DNA of 64,000 bases from Bacteroidia bacterium (GTDB lineage Bacteria > Bacteroidota > Bacteroidia > AKYH767-A > OLB10), in NCBI GenBank assembly GCA_038206385.1, contig JBBRAW010000006.1, positions 2,440-66,439 of the forward strand, given 5' to 3'. Every line of letters starts with the position of its first letter. Position 1 is the stretch's first letter. Below, piece by piece: positions 27,811 to 38,350 of the stretch. Both the position numbers and the translations under genes were made by a program. The notes beneath the pieces are model-generated. The model ran no database searches. It was given only the letters and a program-made list of their open reading frames with translations, and had not been told where the DNA came from.

Positions 27811-30048
27811 TTAAGGTTTATTAATTTTTACTACATGGATTTCCACTCGACGATTATGTGACCGTCCTGCTTCAGCATTATTATTTGCTATTGGCATTGT
27901 CTCACCATAAGCAACAGTTACAATTCGATTTTCTGCTAATCCTTTCTTTATAAATATTGCTTTTACCTGATTCGCTCTTGCTTGTGAAAGGTTCATATTA
28001 AATGCAGCATCTCCTTCACCATCTGTATGACCTGTAATAACAAGTGTATAATTTGCATTATCATAAATACTATCTAACGCAGGTTCAATTACATCTAGTT
28101 TATAAATTCCTTTTACATCAATACTATTCGAAGCAAATTCTATGTTTTTTGATTCAACAAATACTGTAGAAGTTAATTCAGTTTCAGGACAACCTTTTCC
28201 TCCTATTTTTCCAGCTGCAAATGGACATGGATCAATTGCATCAATAATACCATCGCCATCCGTATCTGGACAACCATGCGTTTGTATTGACCCCTTAATA
28301 TATGGACACTCATCAACATCATCTAACACTCCATCATTATCACTATCCAAAATTATCACTGGTACTTCAACGATAATTGGAAGTGGAATAATTATAGGAA
28401 TAATTGTTCGTACAGGTTCAGCGTTAATTGATGTTGTTTGAAAAACAGATTTACTCGAGTCTTTCGATTTAATTTTTTCGATTTTTACTGGACATCCTTT
28501 TAACTTTTCTAAGCCTGCAACATTCTGACAAGCATCTACCTTATCTTGAATTCCATCATGATCACTATCAGAAATTACTTCTGGTTCATTAATAACAACT
28601 GGTTTTGAAATTAATATTGGAATAATTGATTTCTTTAATTTAACAAATTCATTCTTTGTTTGATTAATAATCGCACTAGGTTTTTTAGGTGTAATATTTT
28701 CAATTTTTGTTGGACAACCATTTAACGAAGCAATACCAACCACATTTGGACAATCATCATTCTTATCAGGAATACCATCTTTGTCGGTATCAAGAATTAA
28801 TTTAGGAATAGTGATTGACGTTGCAATAGGATTAACAACATTATTTGATGTTGGCTTTATTTCGGGTTTAATATCTGCCTTAACAATTTGCTTAGAGACA
28901 CTATTAGGGTTTAATTTCTTTACAATAATTTTCTTTACAGGACATCCATTTGATGATCCTAAACCTGGGATGTTTGGACATTTATCTTTTTTATCTTCGA
29001 TTCCATCTTTATCACGATCAAGAATTTTTTTACCATCAATAAGCTTCGATGATAACTTACTATCCTTCTCCTCTTTTTCTTTTTTAGATTTTGGTGTGGC
29101 TTTAATTTTAGCCTTTGGAATATACGTTAATGTAACTTCAAAAGCTCCCTGTCCACCTGTTAGTCCCGAAATATTTACATCATAACTAGCGCCCAACATA
29201 TAACTATTCCATTGGTAACCGACATAAGCAGAAACAGCATCTTTTTTGCGATGAAAAACACCAGCTTCAAAATGATTTCTATCTTGTAAAGGAACTTTAG
29301 CAATAATTCCATACATCAATTCTTTTGAGAACTGCTGTTGTTGATACATAAACATTGGAATTAAATCGAGCTGTTCATTAACATGAATTCCAACGCCACC
29401 TTGCATCACAATTTTTCTAGGAATAATATTCGTTGTTTCAATAAATGTTTCTTTAGATTGATTTATATGTTGAAATGACATTCCAAAATATGGATGATAA
29501 CTGTTTTCCTTTTTTTGACCGTACGTCCATAAAAACCCTAATCCAAAATCAGGTCGTATTAACTTTGTATATGAAAAAGTTTCGTTTGTTGCGTTAGATG
29601 AATTATATCCTTGATCAGGATTATATTGATCATCAAATGTCATTTTAGAAGGGTCAAAACTTTTTTGTATTAATCCCAATTGCACTCCACCAGCAATTTG
29701 ATGATTTCCTAAATTAGCACGATAAGACAACGTACCATTGATGTAAAGTTGACGAAACCCTGCATCACCAGATGTATTATTTATTAAAGTAGCACCTAAG
29801 CCAATTTTGCTTACTTGCTTATCAAAAAATACTGATTGCGTTACAAAAGGACTTGTTACACTTGCCCACTGATTACGATAAAGCATTGTTAACCGAATAT
29901 GTTCAACATTCTGACCAGCAGCTGCAGGATTATAATAGGTAGGTATGCGATGAAATTGTGTGAAATGAGGATCTTGAGCACATACCGATGTTACAAGCAT
30001 TAAAAATGCAAGTGAAAATTTTAAGATATGTTTAAAATATTGTTTCAT
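27811..30048 (-). CDS. PorP/SprF-family T9SS outer-membrane protein fused to thrombospondin-type-3 Ca-binding repeats and a C-terminal OmpA peptidoglycan-binding domain
   Basis: N-terminus 'AQDPHFTQFHRIPTYYNPAAAG' is the PorP/SprF signature. Four 'D-D-DGI-D--D-CP' TSP3 repeats. OmpA C-terminus 'GHTDGEGDAAFNMNLSQARA...NRRVEIHV'. Its stop overlaps the start of the upstream gene. Confidence 0.8.
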   Translation of the reverse strand: MKQYFKHILKFSLAFLMLVTSVCAQDPHFTQFHRIPTYYNPAAAGQNVEHIRLTMLYRNQWASVTSPFVTQSVFFDKQVSKIGLGATLINNTSGDAGFRQLYINGTLSYRANLGNHQIAGGVQLGLIQKSFDPSKMTFDDQYNPDQGYNSSNATNETFSYTKLIRPDFGLGFLWTYGQKKENSYHPYFGMSFQHINQSKETFIETTNIIPRKIVMQGGVGIHVNEQLDLIPMFMYQQQQFSKELMYGIIAKVPLQDRNHFEAGVFHRKKDAVSAYVGYQWNSYMLGASYDVNISGLTGGQGAFEVTLTYIPKAKIKATPKSKKEKEEKDSKLSSKLIDGKKILDRDKDGIEDKKDKCPNIPGLGSSNGCPVKKIIVKKLNPNSVSKQIVKADIKPEIKPTSNNVVNPIATSITIPKLILDTDKDGIPDKNDDCPNVVGIASLNGCPTKIENITPKKPSAIINQTKNEFVKLKKSIIPILISKPVVINEPEVISDSDHDGIQDKVDACQNVAGLEKLKGCPVKIEKIKSKDSSKSVFQTTSINAEPVRTIIPIIIPLPIIVEVPVIILDSDNDGVLDDVDECPYIKGSIQTHGCPDTDGDGIIDAIDPCPFAAGKIGGKGCPETELTSTVFVESKNIEFASNSIDVKGIYKLDVIEPALDSIYDNANYTLVITGHTDGEGDAAFNMNLSQARANQVKAIFIKKGLAENRIVTVAYGETMPIANNNAEAGRSHNRRVEIHVVKINKP

Positions 30049-32990
30049 TTAATTACCGTAACTGATCCTCTTAATTCTTCCGAAATATTTGCATTATCTA
30101 TTATTTGAATATGGTAAACGTACGTTCCATTTTGAACATTTTCTCCATTTACTTTGCCATCCCAATCTGGTCGAGATGCATCGGTTTGATAAATTAAAGT
30201 ACCCCATTGATCATAAATTTTCATTTGTTGAAATGTGAACTGGTCTCCTCGTACACGAAAAATGTCATTCTTACCATCTCCATTAGGAGTAAATGTTGTT
30301 GGAATAAATAATGAATTATTATTATGAATAGAAATAGTTCGCGCAAGGCTATCTCTACAACCATTATAATTTTCTGCGATTAAAATAACTTTATAATTTC
30401 CTATGCTTGAATACGTATATGTAGGATTAATAGCAGTACTACTATTTCCTGCAATTGTTGTGTCTCCAAAAATCCAAGTATAAACATTCGCATTTATCGT
30501 TGCATTTGTAAATGATGTAGGAAATTGTCCGACGAGAGGAGAAATAACTTGAGAGAAATCTGAAATAGGAGTAGGTAACGCAGTGATAGTAACTGTTGCT
30601 CTCTGTGTGGATGTGCAACCATTACTTCCAATCGATTCAATAAAATATGTTTTAGTAGTTGTTATAGGCTGCGTTTGAAAATTATCAGAAACAAGTATCG
30701 ATGTTCCTCCAGTTGCTGTTGAATACCAAGAATAATTTATTCCTATTTGATGTCTTAATTGCAAATCAACAACTGATCCTACACAGACTGATGAATCAGA
30801 AATAGATACTATTGGTGGTGAAGGCAAAACATTAACGAGTACTGAATCAGAATAAACCGTTCCATTATTTTGTGCGATTCCAACTTTATAATATCCACTA
30901 TCGATAGCCACAAACTGTTGCCCCGTTGCTCCATTAATTGCTAACCCATTATAAAACCATTGATTCCCTGTTGGGAAGATGGATGATAAAACAACATTAT
31001 TCCCCTCACAAAAACTTGTTAGTCCATTTGCTGAGATTATCGAACTGGATGTTATCACTATAACTTGAACAACATTCGACTTCGTAACGCAACCGTTGCT
31101 ACTTGTTGCATTCACAAAATAATTTCCACTACTTTTTATATAAATTGCATTTCCATTTAGTGAATTTGACCATAGGTAATTATTGCCTCCTGAAGCGGTT
31201 AATAAAACAGAATCACTCTGTATAATTGTTACGATACCTGCTGGATTTATATTTGGAATTGTAATAATGTAGTTATTGATTGTAGTTGGAGTAGAAACTG
31301 CAGAACATCCAAATGAATTTGTTACTGTTACCGAATAAACACCTGCAGGAATTGTTATGCTTTGCGATGTTGATCCATTCGACCATTTCCATGAAGTGCC
31401 TAAAGATGCAGTTAACATTATCGAATCATTCGGACAAACAGAATTTGATGTTGTTGAAATTGTTGCAGCTGGTTTTGTTTGAAGAGTAATTATTATTGAA
31501 CTTGATTGACCTTTACATCCATTCGAATTTGTTACAGTAACAGAATATGTTCCTGCAGATGAAACATAAATATTTGAAGTAGTATTTCCATTAGACCAAG
31601 CATAAGAGTTTCCTGTTTGTGTAGATAATTTTACAGAATCTCCTTGACAAATAGTAGTTCCATTGCTGGAAGTTAGAGTTGGAATAAATGTTGGCAAAAC
31701 AGTTATAGAAATAATATTAGAACTTGCCGTTGCTCCATTAGAATCAAATGCAGTACATATTAAATTATGAGTTCCTGATGGTAACGGTGCAATTGAAATT
31801 ATTCCATTAATCGAACTGCCGAGTATGGATGATCCTTCCTTGATTGTATAATTTGTTAAGTTGTTTGGAGATGCATTCAAATGAACACTATCTCCAGCAC
31901 AAACTGTTGCACTTACATTAGCAGTCAATACAATTGAAATTAATGATTGCGAAGTGATTTTTCTAATTAAATGATTATTGCAATCTGCAACATATAAACA
32001 CCTATCAAATCTATTGTAGGTTATTCCTGCTGCGTTATTAAATCGTGCTGCTGCACCAACTCCATCTACTGCACCGCTCAATAGTGGAGTTCCAACATAG
32101 GTAGAGACTACACCATTATTTGCAATCTTTCTAACAGTGAAATTAAATCCATCTAAAACATAAATATTATTCATGCCATCCACAGCAATGTCCCACGGAT
32201 AATTAAATTGTGATGTTAATGCAGTGCCATTAATACTTCCTATAATTCCTTGACCAGCAAAAGTGCTAACCATTCCAGCTGGTGTTATTTTTCGAATTAT
32301 ATTATTCCATTCATCTCCAACAATAATGTTTCCATTATTATCTAATTCAATTCCGTAAGGATGATTAAACGTTGCTGCTAATCCTAATCCATCAAGTGCA
32401 CCTGCAATATAAATTGTTCCTGCAAAAGTTGTTACTTGACCATTAAATATTTTTCTAATTACATGTGTATTATAATCTGCTACATAAATAATACTACCAT
32501 CCTCTGTTACTGTTATCCCACTTGAAAATCCAAATTTAGCAACGTTATTTGCGCCATTAGTTGTTCCAAATATTCCAGTACCTGCGATAGTTGTTACATT
32601 TCCTGTTGCATCAATTTTTCTGATTTTATAATTCTTAGTATCGGCAACAAATATATTTCCTAGTGTATCGCATGTAATTCCCCAAGGCTCATTAAACGTA
32701 GCTACATTACCAGCCCCATCCGTACTTCCTACCGCACCTGTTCCTGCCAATGTTGATACAATACCAGAAGTTGTTATTTTACGAATAAGATTATTGTAAC
32801 GATCAGTGATATAAATATTTCCTGATTTATCTGATGTGATTCCATGTGGATTATTAAATCTTACAAGATTACCAATACCATTTGTTGTTCCTACAACTCC
32901 TGCACTTCCAGCAATAGTAGTAACTACTTGAGCATTCATTTCTGAAATCTCTAGCAGAATAAATAATGTTATTAGTAACAGTTTTCTCAT
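30045..32990 (-). CDS. T9SS type-B C-terminal-domain cargo protein with NHL-repeat beta-propeller(s) and Ig/PKD-like domains
   Basis: Signal peptide. About ten 'G..G..DG.G..A.FN.P.GI..D..GNIYV.D..N..IRKI' NHL repeats. Several Ig-like Cys-containing domains. C-terminal 'FIPTTFTPNGDGKNDIFRV' gliding-associated type-B CTD. Confidence 0.8.
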   Translation of the reverse strand: MRKLLLITLFILLEISEMNAQVVTTIAGSAGVVGTTNGIGNLVRFNNPHGITSDKSGNIYITDRYNNLIRKITTSGIVSTLAGTGAVGSTDGAGNVATFNEPWGITCDTLGNIFVADTKNYKIRKIDATGNVTTIAGTGIFGTTNGANNVAKFGFSSGITVTEDGSIIYVADYNTHVIRKIFNGQVTTFAGTIYIAGALDGLGLAATFNHPYGIELDNNGNIIVGDEWNNIIRKITPAGMVSTFAGQGIIGSINGTALTSQFNYPWDIAVDGMNNIYVLDGFNFTVRKIANNGVVSTYVGTPLLSGAVDGVGAAARFNNAAGITYNRFDRCLYVADCNNHLIRKITSQSLISIVLTANVSATVCAGDSVHLNASPNNLTNYTIKEGSSILGSSINGIISIAPLPSGTHNLICTAFDSNGATASSNIISITVLPTFIPTLTSSNGTTICQGDSVKLSTQTGNSYAWSNGNTTSNIYVSSAGTYSVTVTNSNGCKGQSSSIIITLQTKPAATISTTSNSVCPNDSIMLTASLGTSWKWSNGSTSQSITIPAGVYSVTVTNSFGCSAVSTPTTINNYIITIPNINPAGIVTIIQSDSVLLTASGGNNYLWSNSLNGNAIYIKSSGNYFVNATSSNGCVTKSNVVQVIVITSSSIISANGLTSFCEGNNVVLSSIFPTGNQWFYNGLAINGATGQQFVAIDSGYYKVGIAQNNGTVYSDSVLVNVLPSPPIVSISDSSVCVGSVVDLQLRHQIGINYSWYSTATGGTSILVSDNFQTQPITTTKTYFIESIGSNGCTSTQRATVTITALPTPISDFSQVISPLVGQFPTSFTNATINANVYTWIFGDTTIAGNSSTAINPTYTYSSIGNYKVILIAENYNGCRDSLARTISIHNNNSLFIPTTFTPNGDGKNDIFRVRGDQFTFQQMKIYDQWGTLIYQTDASRPDWDGKVNGENVQNGTYVYHIQIIDNANISEELRGSVTVIK

Positions 32991-34180
32991 GCTACTTTAC
33001 GTTTCTCCATTGTTACAGAAAGAATTTTTTCTTCTTGCTGATGCGAAATCCTTTCCGTTAATTGTTCAACAACTGAAATATCTTCGCCTTCAAATGCCAT
33101 TGCATATAAACTTGTAATTCTTTTCCACGTATATTTTTCTTTTGCGAAATTCTCTAAATTATTTGCGATTTCATTTCGCTTTGTACTACTTAGATTTTTA
33201 ATAATTTCCACTAAATCATCAACATTTCCAAAATAAATTGCATTGTGTCCTGTGGTTTCTCTGTTATATGATATGTCAAATGCTACTACAGGCAATCCTA
33301 GTCCCATAGCCTCTACTAAAGAAGGGTTTGTACCTCCAGCACTATGCCCATGCACATAAAGTGCAGCATTCGATCTTAAAACATTTAAAGCGTGTTGATC
33401 ATAGATGGGATCCAAAAGATAAATGTTAGAAAAATCATTATATTTTTTCCTTAATTGTATTCCATAAGTTCCATGATCCCATAAACCAACAACTACAAGA
33501 AGATGATTGGGGTTCTTTGAAAATGCTTCAAGTATTACGTGAACATTGTTTTCAGGTTCTATACGACAAACATTGAAAGCATAAGACTTATCCAAGAAAT
33601 CGTATCGCGCTAATGTGTCAGATGTCTTATCCTGTTTTGTTACATGATCTGATCCATACTCAATTAACCAAGCATCATGTCGATCATATTCCGCTTCAAC
33701 ATATTCTCTAATAATTCTATTATCGGTTATAACAGTATCTGCTAATCGTACAGCAATTTTTTCAGACAATCTTAATATCTTTTTTGCTATCCAATTCCAC
33801 TTCGGTCTCTTCCATTCTTGTCCATCAATATTTATAAGAATAGGTTTTTTCGTAAACAACTTTACAAAAGGAAGAATTATTGCACCTGAAACACCCAACA
33901 TTAAAAGGACATCACTATTACGTAATGCATGAAAAACTGAACAAATATCATAAATGATACTCTGATAACCATTCGCATTAAATGGCAGATAAACAAGTTT
34001 AGCTCCTTTAAAATATTTTGGTCTTGATGCCTTTTTAGCAAAATATTTATTGCTACAATAAACAGTTATTTCAAAACGATTATTTAATCGATCTACAAGA
34101 TGATGCGTTAATGTTTCAAAGCCACCATATTTTGCCGGTAAGCCAGTTGTGCCTATAATTGCAACGCGTTTAGTGCGCAT
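32987..34180 (-). CDS. family GT4 (GT1-fold) glycosyltransferase with DUF1972-type N-terminus
   Basis: 'VAIIGTTGLPAKYGGFET' N-terminus and a C-terminal Glycos_transf_1 EX7E region. Confidence 0.85.
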   Translation of the reverse strand: MRTKRVAIIGTTGLPAKYGGFETLTHHLVDRLNNRFEITVYCSNKYFAKKASRPKYFKGAKLVYLPFNANGYQSIIYDICSVFHALRNSDVLLMLGVSGAIILPFVKLFTKKPILINIDGQEWKRPKWNWIAKKILRLSEKIAVRLADTVITDNRIIREYVEAEYDRHDAWLIEYGSDHVTKQDKTSDTLARYDFLDKSYAFNVCRIEPENNVHVILEAFSKNPNHLLVVVGLWDHGTYGIQLRKKYNDFSNIYLLDPIYDQHALNVLRSNAALYVHGHSAGGTNPSLVEAMGLGLPVVAFDISYNRETTGHNAIYFGNVDDLVEIIKNLSSTKRNEIANNLENFAKEKYTWKRITSLYAMAFEGEDISVVEQLTERISHQQEEKILSVTMEKRKVA

Positions 34181-34459
34181 ACTAGAGTGGATGAATTTTG
34201 GTAATTAAATACTTAACAGTATACTTAAAACGTCTGGAAATGTCTTTCAAAAAATTATATAAAACCACATTTGTAAGGAATTAAAAATATGTTGTATTAA
34301 ATAAAACATCTATGCTTCACAAAAGATTGATTCTCAATAAAAAAATATATTTCCACTTTATATAAACTCTAAATTATTATGTAAGAAATTTTCATTTCTC
34401 GTGCACTTTCAGTACAACTGTTCCTTTTGATATTATCTTTTAAAAATCTTACAACAATC

Positions 34460-35548
34460 TTATAAAAGTCCTATCACTGAGTTTACTTGATTTTGTAAAT
34501 TTTGAGAGGTAAATTTTTTAGAAGTCAACTTTGCTCCTGAAGATAAATTTACACATTTGAGTTTGTCAGTTGCCAAACTTTCAAGTACCTGATCTAGTTC
34601 CTTTATCTTTCGCACATCAACAGTAAATCCATTAAGACCTGATTTAACAAACTCCGATGGTCCGCCAACAGGAGGAGCAATTACTGGAACGCCATAACAC
34701 ATCGCCTCCAATAAGGTTAATCCAAATGTTTCTACACACCACCCTGGATTTGTAAGATTAACTACAAGACTTGCTCGTTGATAAAAAGGGTGAAGATTTT
34801 TTTGAACAGGATAAATAAATAGATTAGCTGATAAATCTTCCTCGACAAAAAATTGTTGAATATCTAAATCCGATGCATTTAACACCAATTCAAATTTCAA
34901 TGTGGGATGACGTTGTGCTAATGAAATAAATTCATGAACTCCTTTGTACGTCTTTAAAGAACAAACCATCAAAACACAAAATTTATCGTGTTGTAAATGA
35001 TGATAACTGAACCCTTCCGATTGCTCCACAAATTCATCGGGAAGTGCATTGTAAATTACATGTGACTTAACATTTTTTAAATGCTCTACTTCTAATAAAT
35101 AATTGGAAACATAAAGAACATTATTCGCTGTCGAAGAGGCTACATACCGTAGAAACATTTTTAACAGTTTTGGCTGAATATAACTTTCATGCAAATGATA
35201 AATAATTTTTTTACCTGTAATTTTTCCAGCTAGTGCTGCTCCAAATGGTAACAATGTATTTACATAAATAATTACATCTTCCTTTCGATACTTTAATATT
35301 TGAAAAAACAAAATAATTTGACTTATGATAAACAATATTAATCTGCCATAAACATTAGAAACAAATTGATAAGGAAAATATACTACTTTAGATTTAATTC
35401 TACTTAAAAATCCTTCTCGATTTTTAGAGGTATGCAATATAATTTCGTAACCGGCCTTTTGTAATCCTTCTAATGCTTGGATAAAAACAAGAGGGCTACC
35501 ACTAAAGTCGTTTAGTAAATGAACTGCAACAATTTTTTTCATTTTCAT
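34460..35548 (-). CDS. family GT4 glycosyltransferase
   Basis: GT-B fold with a C-terminal 'ETFGLTLLEAMCYGVPVIA' Glycos_transf_1 motif. Confidence 0.8.
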   Translation of the reverse strand: MKMKKIVAVHLLNDFSGSPLVFIQALEGLQKAGYEIILHTSKNREGFLSRIKSKVVYFPYQFVSNVYGRLILFIISQIILFFQILKYRKEDVIIYVNTLLPFGAALAGKITGKKIIYHLHESYIQPKLLKMFLRYVASSTANNVLYVSNYLLEVEHLKNVKSHVIYNALPDEFVEQSEGFSYHHLQHDKFCVLMVCSLKTYKGVHEFISLAQRHPTLKFELVLNASDLDIQQFFVEEDLSANLFIYPVQKNLHPFYQRASLVVNLTNPGWCVETFGLTLLEAMCYGVPVIAPPVGGPSEFVKSGLNGFTVDVRKIKELDQVLESLATDKLKCVNLSSGAKLTSKKFTSQNLQNQVNSVIGLL

Positions 35549-35559
35549 TTAAAGAATGA

Positions 35560-36819
35560 TTAACTAGCTTTTGGTAGTAATGACTCGTACACATCTCTTA
35601 GACGTTCTCCTCTCAAATTCCAATCAAATTTTGTTTTAAATGTTCTTATTGCTCCTTCCGACAATTCATTGTATCGAACTTTATCATTATGTAATAATGT
35701 TAATGCTGCTGAAAAATGGGTGATGCTTGAATCATATCTTCCATATGGAACAGTAATGCCACACGATGAATCGATAAATTCACCAGGACCTTCATTTCTA
35801 AAACATAATACCGGAACACCAAACGATAAAGCTTCAGCAATGACCATCCCAGCTCCTTCATGAGATGGAAATAGAAATACTTTAGACTTCAAATACAATT
35901 TTTGAAAATCACTTCTGTGAAGCCACTCAATAAATTGTACTGCATCGCCTAACTCTAATTCATTTACTAACCTTTGCAAGTATGGTTTACTTGGTCCGTC
36001 GCCAACTAATATTAATTTAGCTTTCAACTTATCTGAAATAGGAAGTTGATGATAAAATCGAGCGAAGGATTTTATAGTAATATCAAATCCCTTTAATGGT
36101 ACGAATCTTCCTGCTGAAAGAACAATAAATCTGTCATCTAAATTAGAAGAATTAAAAAGTGAGTTATGCGCTTCGGAACTAACTGAAGGCATGTGAATAG
36201 TTTGCTTTTGTGTAAGATGAAGCATCTTGGCAACTGTAGAATTCATTGTTAAAACAGCATCGGCATGTTGAACAGTTTGTCGAAGGAAAGGATCAACATT
36301 CCAAAAATATTTTTTTATCATCCATTTAATTTGTTCAACAATATATGTTTTCCTTCCATAAACATGCAAAACATAATCTTTAGGAATTCGAGGGTGATGT
36401 CCAATAGGTCCCCACACAAAAGGTTTTTTTAAAACCCATAACCTTGATGGAGTCCAATCATTATGGAAATTTAAATTATGAACAATATCAAAGTGGAGAT
36501 TTTTTCTTTTTATATAATACGGTAAAAAATATTGCCATAAATAATAATAGGGCAATGCACCTCTGCTTCCTTTTTTCCAAAAGCGCATCCAATACGGTAA
36601 ATCAAAATAAATAAATTGAATATTTTTATAATATTCAGAAGGATGATCGATCATATATCTTTCGATATCTGTTCGTGTATTTTTTCTTACAACTGCAATG
36701 ATCTTATTGAATCGTGCAATCTGATTTATAAAATTCCATCCCATGCCATCTTCCGAACCATGATAGGGATTTACTGCATACGCACTCAATAAAATAGTAT
36801 TTACTTTTGTTGTATTCAT
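35560..36819 (-). CDS. family GT4 glycosyltransferase
   Basis: C-terminal 'HEGAGMVIAEALSFGVPVLC' Glycos_transf_1 motif. Confidence 0.8.
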   Translation of the reverse strand: MNTTKVNTILLSAYAVNPYHGSEDGMGWNFINQIARFNKIIAVVRKNTRTDIERYMIDHPSEYYKNIQFIYFDLPYWMRFWKKGSRGALPYYYLWQYFLPYYIKRKNLHFDIVHNLNFHNDWTPSRLWVLKKPFVWGPIGHHPRIPKDYVLHVYGRKTYIVEQIKWMIKKYFWNVDPFLRQTVQHADAVLTMNSTVAKMLHLTQKQTIHMPSVSSEAHNSLFNSSNLDDRFIVLSAGRFVPLKGFDITIKSFARFYHQLPISDKLKAKLILVGDGPSKPYLQRLVNELELGDAVQFIEWLHRSDFQKLYLKSKVFLFPSHEGAGMVIAEALSFGVPVLCFRNEGPGEFIDSSCGITVPYGRYDSSITHFSAALTLLHNDKVRYNELSEGAIRTFKTKFDWNLRGERLRDVYESLLPKAS

Positions 36820-36837
36820 TATTTCTTAAATATAATT

Positions 36838-37569
36838 CTATCCTGCCATTTTCATTGATGAAATCATTTCTTCTGTTGCATTTCTATTTCGAATAACTTT
36901 AGCTGGAACGCCACCAATTATCGAATTCGGTTGCATATCTTTCGTTACAACTGCACCTGCAGCTATTACACAATTTTCTCCAATAGTAACTCCATCTAGA
37001 ATCGTCACCTTTGCACCTATCCAACAGTTACGACTTATATAAATTCCTTTTCTACTTACAGGTTGAAGTCGTATCAATTCATCATTCACATTAAATGAAT
37101 GGTTTTCTGGATGACAACTAAAATAGGGTCCGATGATACAATCATCATCGATTGTTAATCCTCCTGCTCCACCTAAATGTGCAAATTCGCCAATACCAAC
37201 GTGCTTACCAATTCTAATAAATTCTCCTAGTTCATTGAAAGAGAATGAAACTTTCAAATAAGAATTACCACCAATCCATGAGTGATCGTCAATAAAAAAA
37301 CCTTGCTTACCATTGGCAATAATTTGAACATTGTCACCGATTTGTATGGCTTTACCATAATGAAAAAACTTTTTCCCAATAATATTTACATTGTTCCCAA
37401 GGAAAATAAATTTATTCGGACTAAAAATATTAATCATCTTTAACCCACGTAAAAGAGCCATTGTTTTCGACCATAGAAAAGAATACATCATTGCATCATC
37501 CACATTTTTATCAAGTGTGAATGATGGATTTTTTTTTCTCCCAAGGTATGTTACAAGGCACTTTAACAT
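36838..37569 (-). CDS. hexapeptide-repeat (left-handed beta-helix) acyl/acetyltransferase, WcaF/CysE-like
   Basis: Repeated [LIV]-G-x-x-x-x hexapeptides ('IGDNVQIIANGK', 'IGAKVTILDGVTIGENCVIAAGAVV'). The track start at 37668 overlaps the upstream gene, so an internal ATG (37569 or 37491) is more likely. Confidence 0.75.
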   Translation of the reverse strand: MLKCLVTYLGRKKNPSFTLDKNVDDAMMYSFLWSKTMALLRGLKMINIFSPNKFIFLGNNVNIIGKKFFHYGKAIQIGDNVQIIANGKQGFFIDDHSWIGGNSYLKVSFSFNELGEFIRIGKHVGIGEFAHLGGAGGLTIDDDCIIGPYFSCHPENHSFNVNDELIRLQPVSRKGIYISRNCWIGAKVTILDGVTIGENCVIAAGAVVTKDMQPNSIIGGVPAKVIRNRNATEEMISSMKMAG

Positions 37570-37570
37570 A

Positions 37571-38326
37571 TTATATTTTCCAAAATGTCGTTTGACAAAC
37601 AAAGAATGCCATAGGTGAAAATCCAGAAAACTTATGCATTTCTTTTCCTTCCAATAAATTAGCTCCATTCCAATTTACTGGATTATCACTATTATCTAAT
37701 ATTAACCAACCACCTGGTTTAATTTTTTTAAGCGCAGCGCGAATACAATCATTCCGTCGTGTAAAATCATTCATTGAATCAATTAAAACGATGTCAAAAT
37801 ATTCATCATCTAAACGTTTAAGATCAGTGATGGTATCGCTGCCTTGCATAACATTTAGATTGAATCGACTTTCATTGTATTTTTCTGGATTAGAATGGAC
37901 CTTAGAAATAATCATCTGAGCCCATTCGATATTATGTTCGTAAGTAACAAGATTAACTCCTTTATCCAAAAACCATAAAGAGCTATTTCCACCTCCTAAT
38001 TCTAAAACTCTCATACCAGGTCGAACTATACCAGATAAATATTTTATAGCATCTAGAACAATAAAAGGAACAGGATTTTTCATGATTGGAGAAGTACGTG
38101 CTTGCATATACGTCTTCATAATATACGGCAATCGAGAGACGCTATAAAGTGAAGGGAAATTTCCCTCGTAATCCGTAAAACGTAAGCTAGCCTTCAATTT
38201 TTCAATATGACCATCATCACACTCCCACTTTAAAGTTGTGCGTCCCAATAATCTATCGATAACAGGCTTTTCATAACTTGATTGAACAGTGTTTTGATTT
38301 GGTGCTGTAAAATTTTGACGTTTCAT
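37571..38326 (-). CDS. class I SAM-dependent methyltransferase
   Basis: Motif I 'VLELGGGNSSLWF' and an acidic motif 'DIVLIDS'. Confidence 0.75.
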   Translation of the reverse strand: MKRQNFTAPNQNTVQSSYEKPVIDRLLGRTTLKWECDDGHIEKLKASLRFTDYEGNFPSLYSVSRLPYIMKTYMQARTSPIMKNPVPFIVLDAIKYLSGIVRPGMRVLELGGGNSSLWFLDKGVNLVTYEHNIEWAQMIISKVHSNPEKYNESRFNLNVMQGSDTITDLKRLDDEYFDIVLIDSMNDFTRRNDCIRAALKKIKPGGWLILDNSDNPVNWNGANLLEGKEMHKFSGFSPMAFFVCQTTFWKI

Positions 38327-38350
38327 GGATATAATTTATGTTAAATTATT

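Noticed and set aside
36838-37668. Apparent 98-nt overlap between the acetyltransferase and the upstream methyltransferase (and 80 nt between the APH-like gene and the Wzy gene)
   Set aside because: Most likely artefacts of choosing the longest ORF. In-frame internal ATGs (37569 or 37491, and 41037) give conventional short overlaps, so there is no need to invoke frameshifts or pseudogenes.
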